A DNA stretch of 64,000 nucleotides from assembly GCA_000165425.1 (NCBI GenBank), contig CT868675.1, forward strand, positions 248,001 through 312,000, written 5' to 3'. Below, in pieces: positions 43,617-56,610 of this stretch (position 1 is the first letter of the stretch; each line of letters opens with the position of its first letter). The stretch is from Paramecium tetraurelia (taxonomy: Eukaryota). The translations under genes were made by a program, and so were the position numbers. The notes beneath the pieces are model-generated. The model had not been told where the DNA came from and ran no database searches. It saw only the letters and a list, made by a program, of their open reading frames with translations.

Positions 43617-46600
43617 ATGAAACAGAAATTATCTTTCTCATTTGTACCATCCTTACCGTTGGATGCTTAAATTTAGGATCTGGAGGTATTTCGATATAAT
43701 TATATCAATATAGAAAAGGATATTAGAGGAATAAAATCTAAAAAAAATTTGCTTTAAAGAGTTTCAAAATCAATATCGCATAGATCATCTTCTAAAAGTC
43801 TAATCAAATCTTAGATAAATCAATACCATTCGATAAGTGAAGTTTTCAAGTACTGCTTTAACAATTGAACATTTTGCATTGTTGGCTTAGTGGCTTAAAC
43901 AATTGCAATGCAATAGTTTTATAATCAAATTAAATAATAACAAACTAGATAACATTGAAATTCAGGAGTTCCTGAATACTATAGTAAAAGGGGATATTTA
44001 AATAAAAAAAGTATATTTTCATTTCAATTTTAGATATTAATTACAAATAATCCAGGAATTTATAAAGAATAAATGATATCTGATCTGAAAACTCTTATAA
44101 GACAATAAAATGCAAATAATTATTAACAAGAATATAAATTGGTATTAAACAAATAGTACTTGTCAATTGCAATCATTAGATAGAATTTTAATGAATCATA
44201 AGCATAGAGAGAAATAAGGGAAAAGAAAGCATTTTAAAAGATTAGTAAACTCAACTTCTTCTCGTTTTCTTTCAATTCAACTTTTACTTAATCTAATTTC
44301 AGAGCCTTAGAATAATTAATTAATCTGAATTTCAATGAAAATAGAATTGATTAAATATCTAAATTACAAATATCATCAAGTTTGATTGTAAACTCAGCAA
44401 TTATGTGTGAGTAAATGTCTACTTCAAAAGGATTATTAAAACTGAAGATGTAATAATAGCAAATGCTCAATTATTCAGTTCCTATAGAGAATTTAATGGG
44501 AAATAGATATCATAAATTTATAGTAAATGAATTGGATATTGAAAAAAATATATCGATTCTAGAGAAAACATATAAGATCCTTTCTGACAATATATTTTTA
44601 CATTGCAAATAAATTAAATTTAGTAGTTCCTTGCCTTAATAATTAAGTACTCTTTATAAGATGTTTGTGATGACTGAATCCTTTTAATAATACTCAAACC
44701 AATTAGTCTAATAATCCAAAGAATAGGGAAGGATTCTCAAATAAAATTTAAAAGTACTAGATTTATCTTGCCTTGAAAATTATAATAGACATGACTTAAT
44801 TGTCAAATTTTTATCAGCCTTTGTTTTTACAGAAACATCGAATCTAAAGAAATTAAGTAACAAAATTCTATTCATCTATTATAGGTGTTCAAAATGTTGA
44901 TATCGGACGTACTTAAGCATACATCTAAACAGCCTAAAGATTTAGAGAGTATATTCAACAAGAATAGTAAAAATACCCTTTTTATTAAAATTTCAAATTA
45001 CCTTTAAAATCCATAAAGTTACCTAATTAAACATATAGAATGGAAAGTGCAACAATGAAATAGTTTTTCTAAGAGTTCTTTTTTACTAGAGTAGGAGATA
45101 TTTTAGAGATTGAAGAATTTATAATGGAGAAGTGTTTCAAATAATCAAATAGAGAGGAAGGATTAAAAGAGAATTGTGCAGAAATATTTTAATAACTACA
45201 AGCTAATCCTGGAATACGATATTCAATTAAAAGAATTAAGTTCATAGAAGCATCCTATATATTTGATAGTGTGACATATCGTTGTTTATTCTTAAACACA
45301 TGTTTTAATGTTGAAGAATTGATGATACAGAAGGATACTATTGCAGGGGAATTTATTTAATTTGTTAATGAAACTGAATAATTCTTTCTTACTCAACCTT
45401 TGGAATTCAAATTACCATTATAAACAATAATTTTAGATTCAATAGATGAAATTGTATTTAATATTAGTGATTTATTGCAATTCTTTGTATTTCATGATAG
45501 AATGTAAATTAAAAAATTGGCATTAAAATCAATAGTATTGTTGTATTCTTAACAGTCTATTTCTAAATTAGAAGAAGTGATAGATTCAAAACATAAAAAT
45601 AAAATATTGCCTTTGGAGGAATTTGAATTTTTCAATTTAATAGATGACGTTGGAGTTCTGCAATTCTTTAAATATGTTGTATTTTGTAAGAATATTCGAT
45701 TAAAGAAATTAAAATTTGGAAATCTTGACTTTTCAGCTTGTGTGTACTTCTTATAATAATTCATTGAATAACAAAATGAATTGAATTTAAATCATTCCTT
45801 GTAAGATTTGAATTTCCTTAAGATATCATAAGTGCATTTTGAAGATGAAATATCTTGGGAATTCTTCTTATAACAATTTGTGCTTCATCCAACAATGAAA
45901 TTGAAAACATTGAAAATACAAGAATAAAATTTGAATGATGCCTTTTATAAAGGGATTAGTTAATGTTTTGAGAATTCTGGAGAAATTTTGAAATTAGAGT
46001 TGAAGGAATTAAAATATAAAAAATGTGAAATTATGGTAGATCCATTAACAGCCTTTTTATACACTAGTTCTTTGAATCACTTATCATTTGTTTCATGCAA
46101 AAATATGGAATAAGGTTTGAAAATGAGTATGGATAATTATCATTAATCGAATGTTAAATAATACAACAATTTTAACCTTGAATCATTTTCACTTAAATTA
46201 AGTAAAGTGGAGGACACAAAGATCTTCAAATGGTTGATTAAGGAGATTGCTTTAAATCTACAACATCAAAAACTAAAGAAACTAAACCTTTCTGATTGCA
46301 ATTTAACTAATGAACATCTAAGAATCCTATAAGAACAGATCGAACTCATTAAAGAGAATAATCAAAAATAAAAATAGGCATTTCACCTATATAATTTGAA
46401 GATTGACTCAAATCAATCAATTACTGAATAAACCTGGATAGATTTCTTTAATGTTCTTATGAAAAGCAAATCAATCGATGAATTAGATAAGATATCTGAG
46501 AAGACAAGTACTCATTAATAGAAATCCAGCAGTCAAAAAAAGAAAATAAAATAAGCTAAATCTATACACGATAAGGAATAGTAATTATCTATCAATAGGA

Positions 46601-49600
46601 GCAAAATAGAAGATCAATAGGATAGAGAAATTAAAGAGAAGATCGATGCATTATAAAAGAATATTGTTGAATCAACATTATACAAGAACGATTTGAATCT
46701 AAAGAGTAAGATAGTCAATAATTACCATATCTTTACTCCAAATTTTCCTAAACAATTGAAATCGTTAAATCTAAATATGAATTTCTAGGAATTGAATTAA
46801 AATGATAAAACATAAATTTATGAAAGATTGATATCTGGATTGATTATGCATCCGGAAAATCAATTGACTGAATTAACATTGATTCATTTGAATTTAATTT
46901 TGTTTATGGAGAAATGTGAATAATTTCTTATCTACTCAAATGTTTATTAGAATAAATGTATTAAAACTGAAGATAATAAATGGTCAAGCAAATTAGAAAG
47001 TTTATCATTAAAGAATCTTGCTACTTAAAATTAGAAAAGCACAGAATAATTCGTCAAAACATTTATTTGTTCCTAATCAGTGAATTTATAGAAGTTACTA
47101 TTAGACAACTTTAATGAATAATTGATAGTAAGTTTGATGAACTAAATTCATAATCGATAAGATTATTAAATAACGGAGCTTACTCTCAATTGCAATTATG
47201 AATCAATTGAAGAGAAGTACTTTGACATGTTTGTAAACGATATTATCTATTGTCAAAGGTTTCCCTTAACAAAAATTGAACTTAATGGTATAGGAGTACA
47301 ATAAAAAAATAAGCAAATAAGTTCAACTTAAACTAAATGCTCAACCAATCTTTAATAAATTTATTAAAAATAAAAACAGATATCTTTAAATTAAATAACA
47401 ATCCAATTGATTGATGAGTAATAGGCTAAGACTTTCATTCCTATTTTAGGACATCTATTATAATAGCCTGAAAGTAAATTGGAAGTTATCAAAATACAGA
47501 CAAAGGCTTAATAAGAAAACTTATCATCTAATTTCTTTTCATAATTAACAAATTAATTGACTGATATTTAAGAACTGAATTTGAAGGAAATAAATATTCA
47601 AGGCAAGGTAGTTTTTGATGAGATATTTATTGAATTTTTAGATAAATGCATAACATCCTTAGAAACATTGTATATTACTACAGTAGATTTTCCATATTCA
47701 TAGAAATTAGCAGAGAGTCTTAATAAACTAAAAAGAAAGGAGAAGAAATCTAAATTTACAGTAGAAATAAAATAAGTTCCTACTGGAACTGAACATTTCT
47801 ATGAGCATTTTACATTTAATAAAAACATCAAAGCTACTAACATAGTATTGAATAGTCATTAAAATTTCACTTTACTTAGATTTGATACGATGAGTCCTTT
47901 TATAAAATCAATAAAATTAGATATGAGTTTACTTTACAGTTCTACTGTTAGATTAAACAGAGATAAATTAACATTACTAAGTCAAGGATTTATTTACAAT
48001 GAATAGAGTCATGTTGAAGAGATCCTCTTATATCAATGCTAATTAAAGAGAGAGGAGATTGAAGCCTTTTGTTAACCAGCAGCTCAATTCAGACAATAGA
48101 TCATTCAATAATAAAGAGAGAGTGTTTGCTAATTAAAACTAAAGCAATTTTCAATTTATTATTCATTGTATATTGGTGAAACAGGTTGTGAACTTATTTC
48201 AAAGGATTTAATCTTTTTTGAATATATTGATATTGAGAGAATAGATTTCTTGGTTACCAATTTTAATGATCAAATGTGTGATCACTTTAGTCAAGCTGCC
48301 AAAAATTGGTTAGCATTCCAATAAGAACATAATCGAAAATACAAAGATAAATATCCACTGAAATATTTGGATATTGGCAGAAATGAGTTTGTTTAATCAA
48401 GAGCCACTTGGGCCAATCTACTCTAAACATTAGTTTTTACAGATAAAGCAACCGAATTATCAACTCTAAATATCTAATTTATGGGTTTTAATGATGAAAC
48501 CATATCTTACCTAGTTGAACAAGCGTAATTGTTTTTAGATCAAAAACCAAATGGCTATGTATTACCAATTAAGAAGATCAACTTCTCGTAAAATAATGCA
48601 TTGACTCACAAAGGTTGGAAAAATCTGTTTGACAATTTCTTTTTACATAAGAAAGTTAATCTTATTGAATTGAACATGATTAGCACCATGTTAGATACTC
48701 AAATCAAATTGAATACTATTTACGAATGCATTAAAAAAAGAGCCTTACAAGAACCAAATTAAAAATTACAATTACAAGTCTTTTTATGTTACAATGTATC
48801 TCTCAAAAATTCTATCGAACCTTATCTCCAGGTTCCTGCTAAAGATTATCCAAAACCAAAACACTTGCCTGTTGATATCGATTATGATAGTTGGAAGTAT
48901 GGAATCTTTGATGGAATTCCCGAAGAAATCGGTTCAATCATTATGTTAGTGAATACCTTGATAAAAAAGAGAAATGAATTTATAGAAACTAATAAATGGA
49001 AATTATTCGAAGATATTAGGTTTCCCAATTATCATCTGAACTTCCATTAACATTACTTAGATATATTGAATTCCTATATTTATTAACGAAAAAACAAATT
49101 AGCCAACCTCTATTTAAATTTATCCACTCTTGATATTATGTGCCAATTCTTTAACTATACTACATAAATTAAAGCCACTCCTTATCCCTATAGATTAGTA
49201 TTTTCAGAGGAATCATTACAATACTTATCAGAACAACAGATTAAAATAAAGAAATTAAAGTTGATTTAAACCCCATTTGCAAAATTAGAAAAACTCTCTT
49301 AATTGGATGCCCTCTAAATTTGGTAGTAAATTCGTTAATTAAATATTCAAATTCAGAAGATTGAAATGGAATACCATTTGAATGATGAATTAATAGAAGA
49401 GATGTTTAAGTAAGACTATAATGAATCCGATCTATTGGATTTGATTACATTAATCCCTCCTGCTAAAATCAGAATTGAAAATACCTTGACTTTAAATACA
49501 CTCAAAGGATTTTATAGTATTCTACATAACCAGTACTACTTCTCATCATCTATTGTCAAATATTCATTCAATGATTGGATCAACACAGGCTTAGCATATT

Positions 49601-50703
49601 AGATAAGAGAGTATGCTTATAATTATGTGCCCAAGTCCTCAATTTAATCAAAACTTAAAACAATTGGATATAACTTAAGTAATTGGTTGGTCATTCCGCA
49701 ATAAACTTATACATCTTACAATGACAACGAATATCTACAGTAATATCTTGAAAAAGCCTTTAATCCAATATTAGTAGTCACTTTAATTAATATGTTTTAC
49801 TTGATTTTACTCATCATCTTACCATTTTAACATATAAATAGATATTCATTAGATCATCAATTAAATTTTAGTCTATTAAACCCTTTCCAATTTATAATAT
49901 TTGCTTCAACTGCTTACGAGTGCTATCTCATACACAATTTATTAAGAAATAGGCCAACCTCTTGGAAATAACTGATATTAAGATAAGTCTAAGACATACC
50001 AAAAATGGTTTTATTAAAATTCATCCCCTAATTTAATGCCTTTTCGATATTAATGTTCTATGAATCTGAATCCTACATTATATTCACTCTCTTTATGATC
50101 ATCTATCTTTGTCATTATTTTTCATTGCTATTTTAGAATTCAAAAATACTCTACTAATAATATAAGAATAAAAAAGCCACTCTTTAGGAATTATATCAAT
50201 TAAGTAGAATAGGTAAGTTTACAGAGGTTGAAAATATAGTAAATGAAATCTTGCCATTTAATTCAACTGTTATTAAAAAAACAAAGTTAGCATAGAGAAT
50301 GTTGCCAAAAAGTGTTTGGGGAAAAGCTATTCACAATAAAATCTATTATAATTTAAGGGAATTTTTAGAAAAAGATTTACCATTTAGTATTTTAAATACA
50401 GTCTTCATACTTTCATAATTATGTATGAATGCGATAACATTATTTTATTAGTTATCTTACATAGGACAATTGGTGTAGATATATATTTCATTTAAAAAGT
50501 AATTTTATTTATGATTCCTAATTAGTTTCATTTCTTATAGACCATCAGTCATAACCTAGGATGATTTTGATGTGATTTGTAAGCGAAACAAAAATAGCTA
50601 CAACAAAACCAAATTACACTTATTAGAAAAGGAGAAATAGCAATTGGAATTATATGCAACTATCTATAATGAGAAAGAATTAAAAAATAAGAAAAAGAAA
50701 TGA
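43617..50703 (+). CDS. Very large (about 2300 aa) LRR protein with C-terminal multi-pass membrane region
   Basis: LKKLNLSDCNLTNEHL, LKYLDIGRNEF, IKKINFSQNNALT (RI-like LRRs); several hydrophobic segments after about 49760; TGA 50701-50703. Confidence 0.75.
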
Positions 50704-51315
50704 TATAAAATGTTAAAATATATATTATAAAATTGATATTGGCCTAATTTGAGAATTACGTATAACCAAACTTAGATGTGATACTTAGATTAAGTTAGGA
50801 AGTATAATCTTAGTTTGACAACATATACTAAAATTCAAATTCTACTGCCAAACCTAGCTATAATTGTTGAGATTGTTCTGGATCTAGTATTAAGTTATTA
50901 ATTTGTTATTCATAATAAATTCTCATCTGAACCTTATGGATTATTCGAAAGCAATATTATAAACTTCAGAAAAATTAATTGCATTATTAGCTGATATCAA
51001 ATAATTTCTTGTCTATAGAGCAGCAAAAATGGAACAAAATACTAAAAGAGTTCAGCTTTTTCAAACTTCCTAATTATTGCTGAATAAAGAATCAATGATT
51101 GTATTTTAATTTTGGATTTTTTATATGATAATTTTATATTTGAGGAAAATGATACAGATATGGAGTTGGATGTATTCACTAATGAAGTAAAATAAAATAG
51201 CAAGTTGTTCTAAACCATATTTAAAGTGAAGCTTAAGAATAAGTGAAGTTGTTGAATTTTGAAGATCATACAATTTATTAAGAATAATGATATATAACCC
51301 TATATATATATATAA

Positions 51316-52125
51316 TCAAAAAATATTAATTAATTAGCTTAGATCGTGGTTTCCATCAATCCATGGATGATTGAGTACTTATTCAATTGTATATCTGTTG
51401 TCTGGATCAGGTGATATCATTTTTTCAAATAATTCTTAAAATGCGACGTCATTTATTTTAATATTTCTATTGACTAGTTTCCAAAAGGAGTTCCATTTTT
51501 TCTCAGAGATGATCTTCCAATAGGGGCAATTTAGGGAGGCCTCAGAGAATGGAGGGAATCCATATAAGAGTATAAATATTAGGACAGCCAATGCAAAAAT
51601 GTCAGATTTTTTCAGAAGATTTGATTGCATATATTTTTCAGAAATTAGTAATTCTGGTGACATATAATTACGTGTTCCACAATTTCTGATGTACTATTTT
51701 TTATCATCCACAATATCAGCAAAACCAAAATCAATTAGAATGATTTGTAAGTGGTTATTAAGCATAACATTTTCTAATTTGATATCCCGATGAACATAAT
51801 TAAGTTTGTGAAGGTATTAGATGGTTTCACCTAATTCTAGTAGAATCTACTTCACTGTTCTAACATCAAATTTAGTCCCATTCTTGACAATTGTATAAAA
51901 ATCTGTCTTTAGTTATTCACAGACGAAGTAGTTGTAATCAGGATGTTGATCAACAATCTTTATGATATTAGGATGATCTAGACTTTTCAATATTTTAATT
52001 TCCTTCTATCTCAATTTATCAGAATAATTTTGCTTATAGATCTTTACTACGCACTATTTGCTTTAATACTCACATAAATATAGATCGCTTGAAAAGCCAT
52101 CTCCTATTTTCTCTTTCAATTACAT
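51316..52125 (-). CDS. Small Ser/Thr protein kinase (CAMK-like)
   Basis: IGDGFSSDLY, VVK, HRDIKLENVML, DFGFA, CGTRNYMSPE, SDIFAL, HPWI. Confidence 0.93.
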
Positions 52126-52262
52126 AATATTTAATAAAAATAATTAATTTTTACACATCTTTCATTTACTATATGTTTTATATTATGCGTTAATTAACTC
52201 AACTTACATAATAAAATAATATTATAATCTTATCTATTTATATATATATTATTATTATTCGA

Positions 52263-53251
52263 TCATTCCTCTTCTTAACCAAATTCCTGATGTTGATTAA
52301 AATTTTTGTTAACTTCTTGGGTCTCAAGGATGCTAGCCTCTTCAACTTAACCTGTTTAGTTATCTTCTTCATTCTTTTATTGGTCTCCATCTTCTTATAA
52401 TTCTTATTTCTCAATCATCTATGCTTCTTATTGCTCAGCAATCCATTCTTCTTATTGTTCAATCATTTATTGTTCTTATTGTTCAATCATCTATTGTTCT
52501 TATTGTTCATTCATCTATTATTCTTATTGTTCATTCATCTATTATTCTTATTCTTATTATTATTCATATTATTATTCTTATTCTTGTTCTTATTCATCAA
52601 TTATCTTTTCTTTCAGTTTTAAGTCTTCTTCTTTTGATTTCTTTTAATTCTTATTCACTTAATTTCGAACTATTTTTCCTTTAGCTGCTGCTTAAATCTT
52701 GATAATATTTTGCATATCTCTATCATCCTAATATAAAATAAAATTTGATTACAAAACTAGTTAATTTTGGCAATTCCTCCGTTTGCTCCACAATTGGATT
52801 CTCAAATTCATCAATATCCTTTGTGACCTTATCGTACAGATTATTCACATATTCCTTTGCAGCTTTCTTCTCTTCAGGAAAGCTCCCTTAAGAACTGACA
52901 TGTGAGACATTATTTGGATTGCCAGATCCTACTCTTTTCACTTGTTGACTATCAGGTCTGTTGTTTGACATCTCAACCACTATCTTAGCCTTCTCTGTCA
53001 TATTTGAAGGTTTAGGTGGCTTGTGTACTCTTGCGGGAGCTTCTCCTTTTGCTATATTGTATTTGCTTTCAAATTTAAATTCTTTTCCTTATGTCATACA
53101 TTCAAAATAATCAGCACCATACTTAATTATATCATCTGGCTAATCTCTTAATACCTTTTGTTAATTTTCTATTTACTTCTCTTGCAAAATCATGTAATAT
53201 TTAATGGAAACCCTCTGGTACTGGATATTTTTATAAGTATTTGGATGCCAT
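52263..53251 (-). CDS. RIIa dimerisation/docking-domain protein (SPA17/ROPN1/radial-spoke-like) with acidic Gln/Glu tail
   Basis: YPVPEGFHQILHDFARE/VLRDQPDDIIKYGADYFE. Confidence 0.88.
52449..52550 (-). repeat. 24-nt tandem repeat encoding M(N/I)EQQEQQ, about 4 copies
   Basis: Repeated tcatctattgttcttattgttca(a/t) units on the + strand. Confidence 0.85.
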
Positions 53252-53450
53252 TTTGATAACTGTTTATATTATATTAATTATTATTTTTTATATTTGCTCA
53301 TATTAATATATAAATATAAAAATATATAATTCTTTTAATTAAAATTAAGTATTTTCATACTCATCATATTTTCACTTTATATTACCAAATCATTAAAATA
53401 GCACAAATCAAGAAATATTAATAACATTCATCAATAATATCCTTAATCCA

Positions 53451-53524
53451 GCCCTCCTAGCTCAGTTGGTCAGAGCGTTGGCCTTTTAAGCCAAATGTCA
53501 AGGGTTCGACCCCCTTGGAGGGCG
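53451..53524 (+). tRNA. tRNA-Lys (anticodon TTT)
   Basis: Acceptor stem gccctcc/ggagggc, D arm gctcagttggtcagagc, anticodon stem ttggc/gccaa with loop cttttaa, T arm with ggttcgac; T-run Pol III terminator immediately after. Confidence 0.96.
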
Positions 53525-53577
53525 GCTTTTTTATTTTTTATAATTTTACAAATAAATTTATTTATCAATATTTAATC

Positions 53578-55305
53578 ATGGATTAGCCAAGATAACCTTT
53601 TGAAAATTAAAAATTTAACCTTCTATGGGAAAAACTTTAAATAAGAAAATAGAATAAAGTCATTTTTTACTATCCTTCAAAGAATAATCAAAATTAGGTT
53701 TAGAAATCTAATATGGGTGAATATGAAAAAATAATAAGCTAGACTCATAAATACAATGAATTATCAGAAGAATTATTTTGGGGAAATCAATCAGATACTA
53801 TAGATGTACTTATTTTCAATTAAGATATTGATGATAATCCTGAAATTGCATTCAAAATGTTGGCAAAAAATCATGTTATTTCTTACTATTATAATGTTAG
53901 ATTGTCCTTTGAAGAGTTGTTTTTCAAGCACGTCTAAATAATCTTGATTTCTCCAAAAAATAATATAATCTATAATTTTGAGAATAAAAAAATTATTTCT
54001 ACTTATTCATCTCCTTATCTTTAAAAATTGGTGAATATATTCATTAAAGATTAATAACTTAGAGATTAATATAAATTAGAAATTGTTAAGGATTTCTATA
54101 TAAATTAATTTCCTCAAGTGTAAGTAAAAGAGCCTTATTAAGATTTGAAGCCATAAATACCTGAATGTAGATTAGTTGATGATAAATAAACAATCATTTG
54201 GCTTGTTGATAGAAAATGCCTTAAATATTATCTTTGTTTTGAACCTAACTTTATAACATATTATGGATAATTAAATAAAAATTATTAGAAACATGGTAGA
54301 GGAATATTATTTCAAACTAGTTGGAATGATTGTAATCCTAATTATACAATTTTATAAGGAAATTTTGAACATGGTAAGAAGAATGGAATCATGATGAAAT
54401 TTAGTTCTCGTAGTCAAACTCTGTTACATGGACTTGAATACCTGGATGATGAATTCAAAAAGTAATTAGATTTAGATGAAAATGGGAAAATTAAAGTTCC
54501 TGAAATTGTTAAAGTCGAAACCTAAGATAAAAAAATACCAAAGCTACCTAAAAGGAGAATTGTAATAATGGAAGATGGAGTTATAATAAATAATAAAGAT
54601 ATAACTGAGAATGATAGATAAAGGACATAAAAATCAGATACATTTGTGAAATTTAATTAATAGTTTAATTCAAATGATGCAAATATACTATAAAGCCGTG
54701 ATTAATGGTTAAATAGCTCTATAATAGATGGTTTTGCGTTGGTTCTATATAAAAAACATTATAAATAAGCTTATAAAAGTATCGACCCCATTAAGAATTT
54801 AAATACATTTGTAATAGATTCAACTTATCTAACATCTGCTGCGATTGATTACAAATTAGTAACATCTTTGAAAGCCTTATGCTTTGAATTTAAGGGAATT
54901 ACTATCTTTGATGTGTATAATAATATTGCTTTTATTGTTAATTCTAACAATTCCCATTGGTATTTGGTTTTAGTGAAGAGAGAGAAATAGTAAGGAGTTT
55001 ATTAAATGAAATTTCATATTTTAGATTCAATGTTAGGTCCACGTAAAAAATATAAACATGTTTGTGAAAAGATATTCAATTTATTGAAATTCCACCTAGA
55101 TTTAGAAGATAATTATCGTTTTGGCTCTGAGAATAACATTATTGTTGAAGATGTTCAGTAATAGAAGGATGGAAGTTCTTGTGGGGATCATACATGTTTT
55201 TTTTTGTATTAAATATTCAATGGAAAAAACTACAAAGAAAAAAATATAAAATAAATTGGAGAAATGAGAGGAATGATATATAATCTCATATTTGGTTAAA
55301 AGTGA
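53578..55305 (+). CDS. MORN-repeat + Ulp1/C48 cysteine protease (SUMO/Ubl protease-like), intact triad
   Basis: Intronless 575 aa; YYGQLNKNYQKHGRG and QGNFEHGKKNG (MORN-like); WLNSSIIDGF, NSHW (His 54955), ILDSM (Asp 55024), QQQKDGSSCG (Cys 55180). Confidence 0.85.
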
Positions 55306-55334
55306 ATTAATATATTATTTATTTTATATATTTT

Positions 55335-56582
55335 ATGCGTCTTGGTTTGAAGCTCAAAAAAGAATCAAAACCCGCTTAAGAATAACCATAAGAGCAACCA
55401 ACATAAGAGTTCAAATTTGATTTTGTCTTCTTTAATTCTAACTCACAATAATAGTTTGATAATCAAGATTCAAAATAATTTAAGTTAATTGTCTAAAAAA
55501 AAAATACAAAAGAATAAATGATAATCTAAAAGGATTATATTTATATTGGTGAAATCTAAAATAATAAAATGCATGGAAATGGTAAAATCTATATGAAACA
55601 ATATGATGCCTATTGCAATAATAATTATTTTGTATATGAAGGTGAATTTAAAAATGATCAAATTGATGGAAAAGGGACTGAATACTATGGAAAAACAAAT
55701 AATAAAAAAGTTGATGGAGTTTTCTCAAAGTTGTCCTTAATTGAAAAAATTTAAGAATATAATTCGGATGGAAGCGTACTGATTAAATAACAAAATTTAC
55801 AATAATCAATGTTACAATAATCCTTTATTCAAGAGGATAGAAATACCAATAAAATGTTTAGGATTAAATCAGGAGTCAAGCAAACACCTCCATAATCCTA
55901 ATCGCAAAAACCACTAGTAAAATAAAATGACAAATGGACCAAATTTGACGTTGAATTGAGTAAAGATCATTTATCATCTCTATTATCAGAAAAGGCTATA
56001 AATGAATCAGTCATAGAGGCATATCTTAATTACATAAATTACATGGATTCAGAAAAGTACTTTAATCTGAAGTTGCTGCCTGAAATATAAGCCTATAAAA
56101 GAACTCTTATTATTCCTTACTTTTTATTCGAATAATAAAAATTAGATATACTCACTTACTTTGCTGAATTTTCATATCTTAAAGGATAATTTTGGTAAGT
56201 TTATCAAAAAATTTTTGTTATTGTAAATTAAAATGGCCATTGGATTCTTTTAGAATTGCTTTTTGAAGGTTAGGATATAAAAATGAAAGTCTATGATAGT
56301 TGTTCTAAAAAAAAGGCTATATTTTATGTTACTATGTGCAAACATGTATGGAATATGATTGAGCCACTTATTAAATAACATAATTTGACAATCTCTTGGA
56401 AGTCAAAAGATATTATTGTAGCCGACTGTCCCTAATTATCCTAACCAAACGATTCAGGCATTTTCATCTGTGCTTATTTAAAATATTTGATTTCAAACAA
56501 TACTTTAGATTAAATCACATAGGAAATAATTAATAATCTAAGGAAAACAGAGTTATTTAATATAGTCAAAAAGGAAAAATGA
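55335..56582 (+). CDS. MORN-repeat + Ulp1/C48-like pseudo-protease (Cys>Ser)
   Basis: Intronless 415 aa; YIGEIQNNKMHGNGK, YEGEFKNDQIDGKG; INESVIEAYL, NGHW, VYDS, CPQLSQPNDSGIF. Confidence 0.85.
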
Positions 56583-56610
56583 AATTTATATTAAAATTAT
56601 AGATTATGCC

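Noticed and set aside
52421..52684. Repetitive hydrophobic ORFs and a CRISPR-like periodic repeat
   Set aside because: Antisense of the EQQEQQM coding repeat; units are contiguous with no unique spacers, and the DNA is eukaryotic
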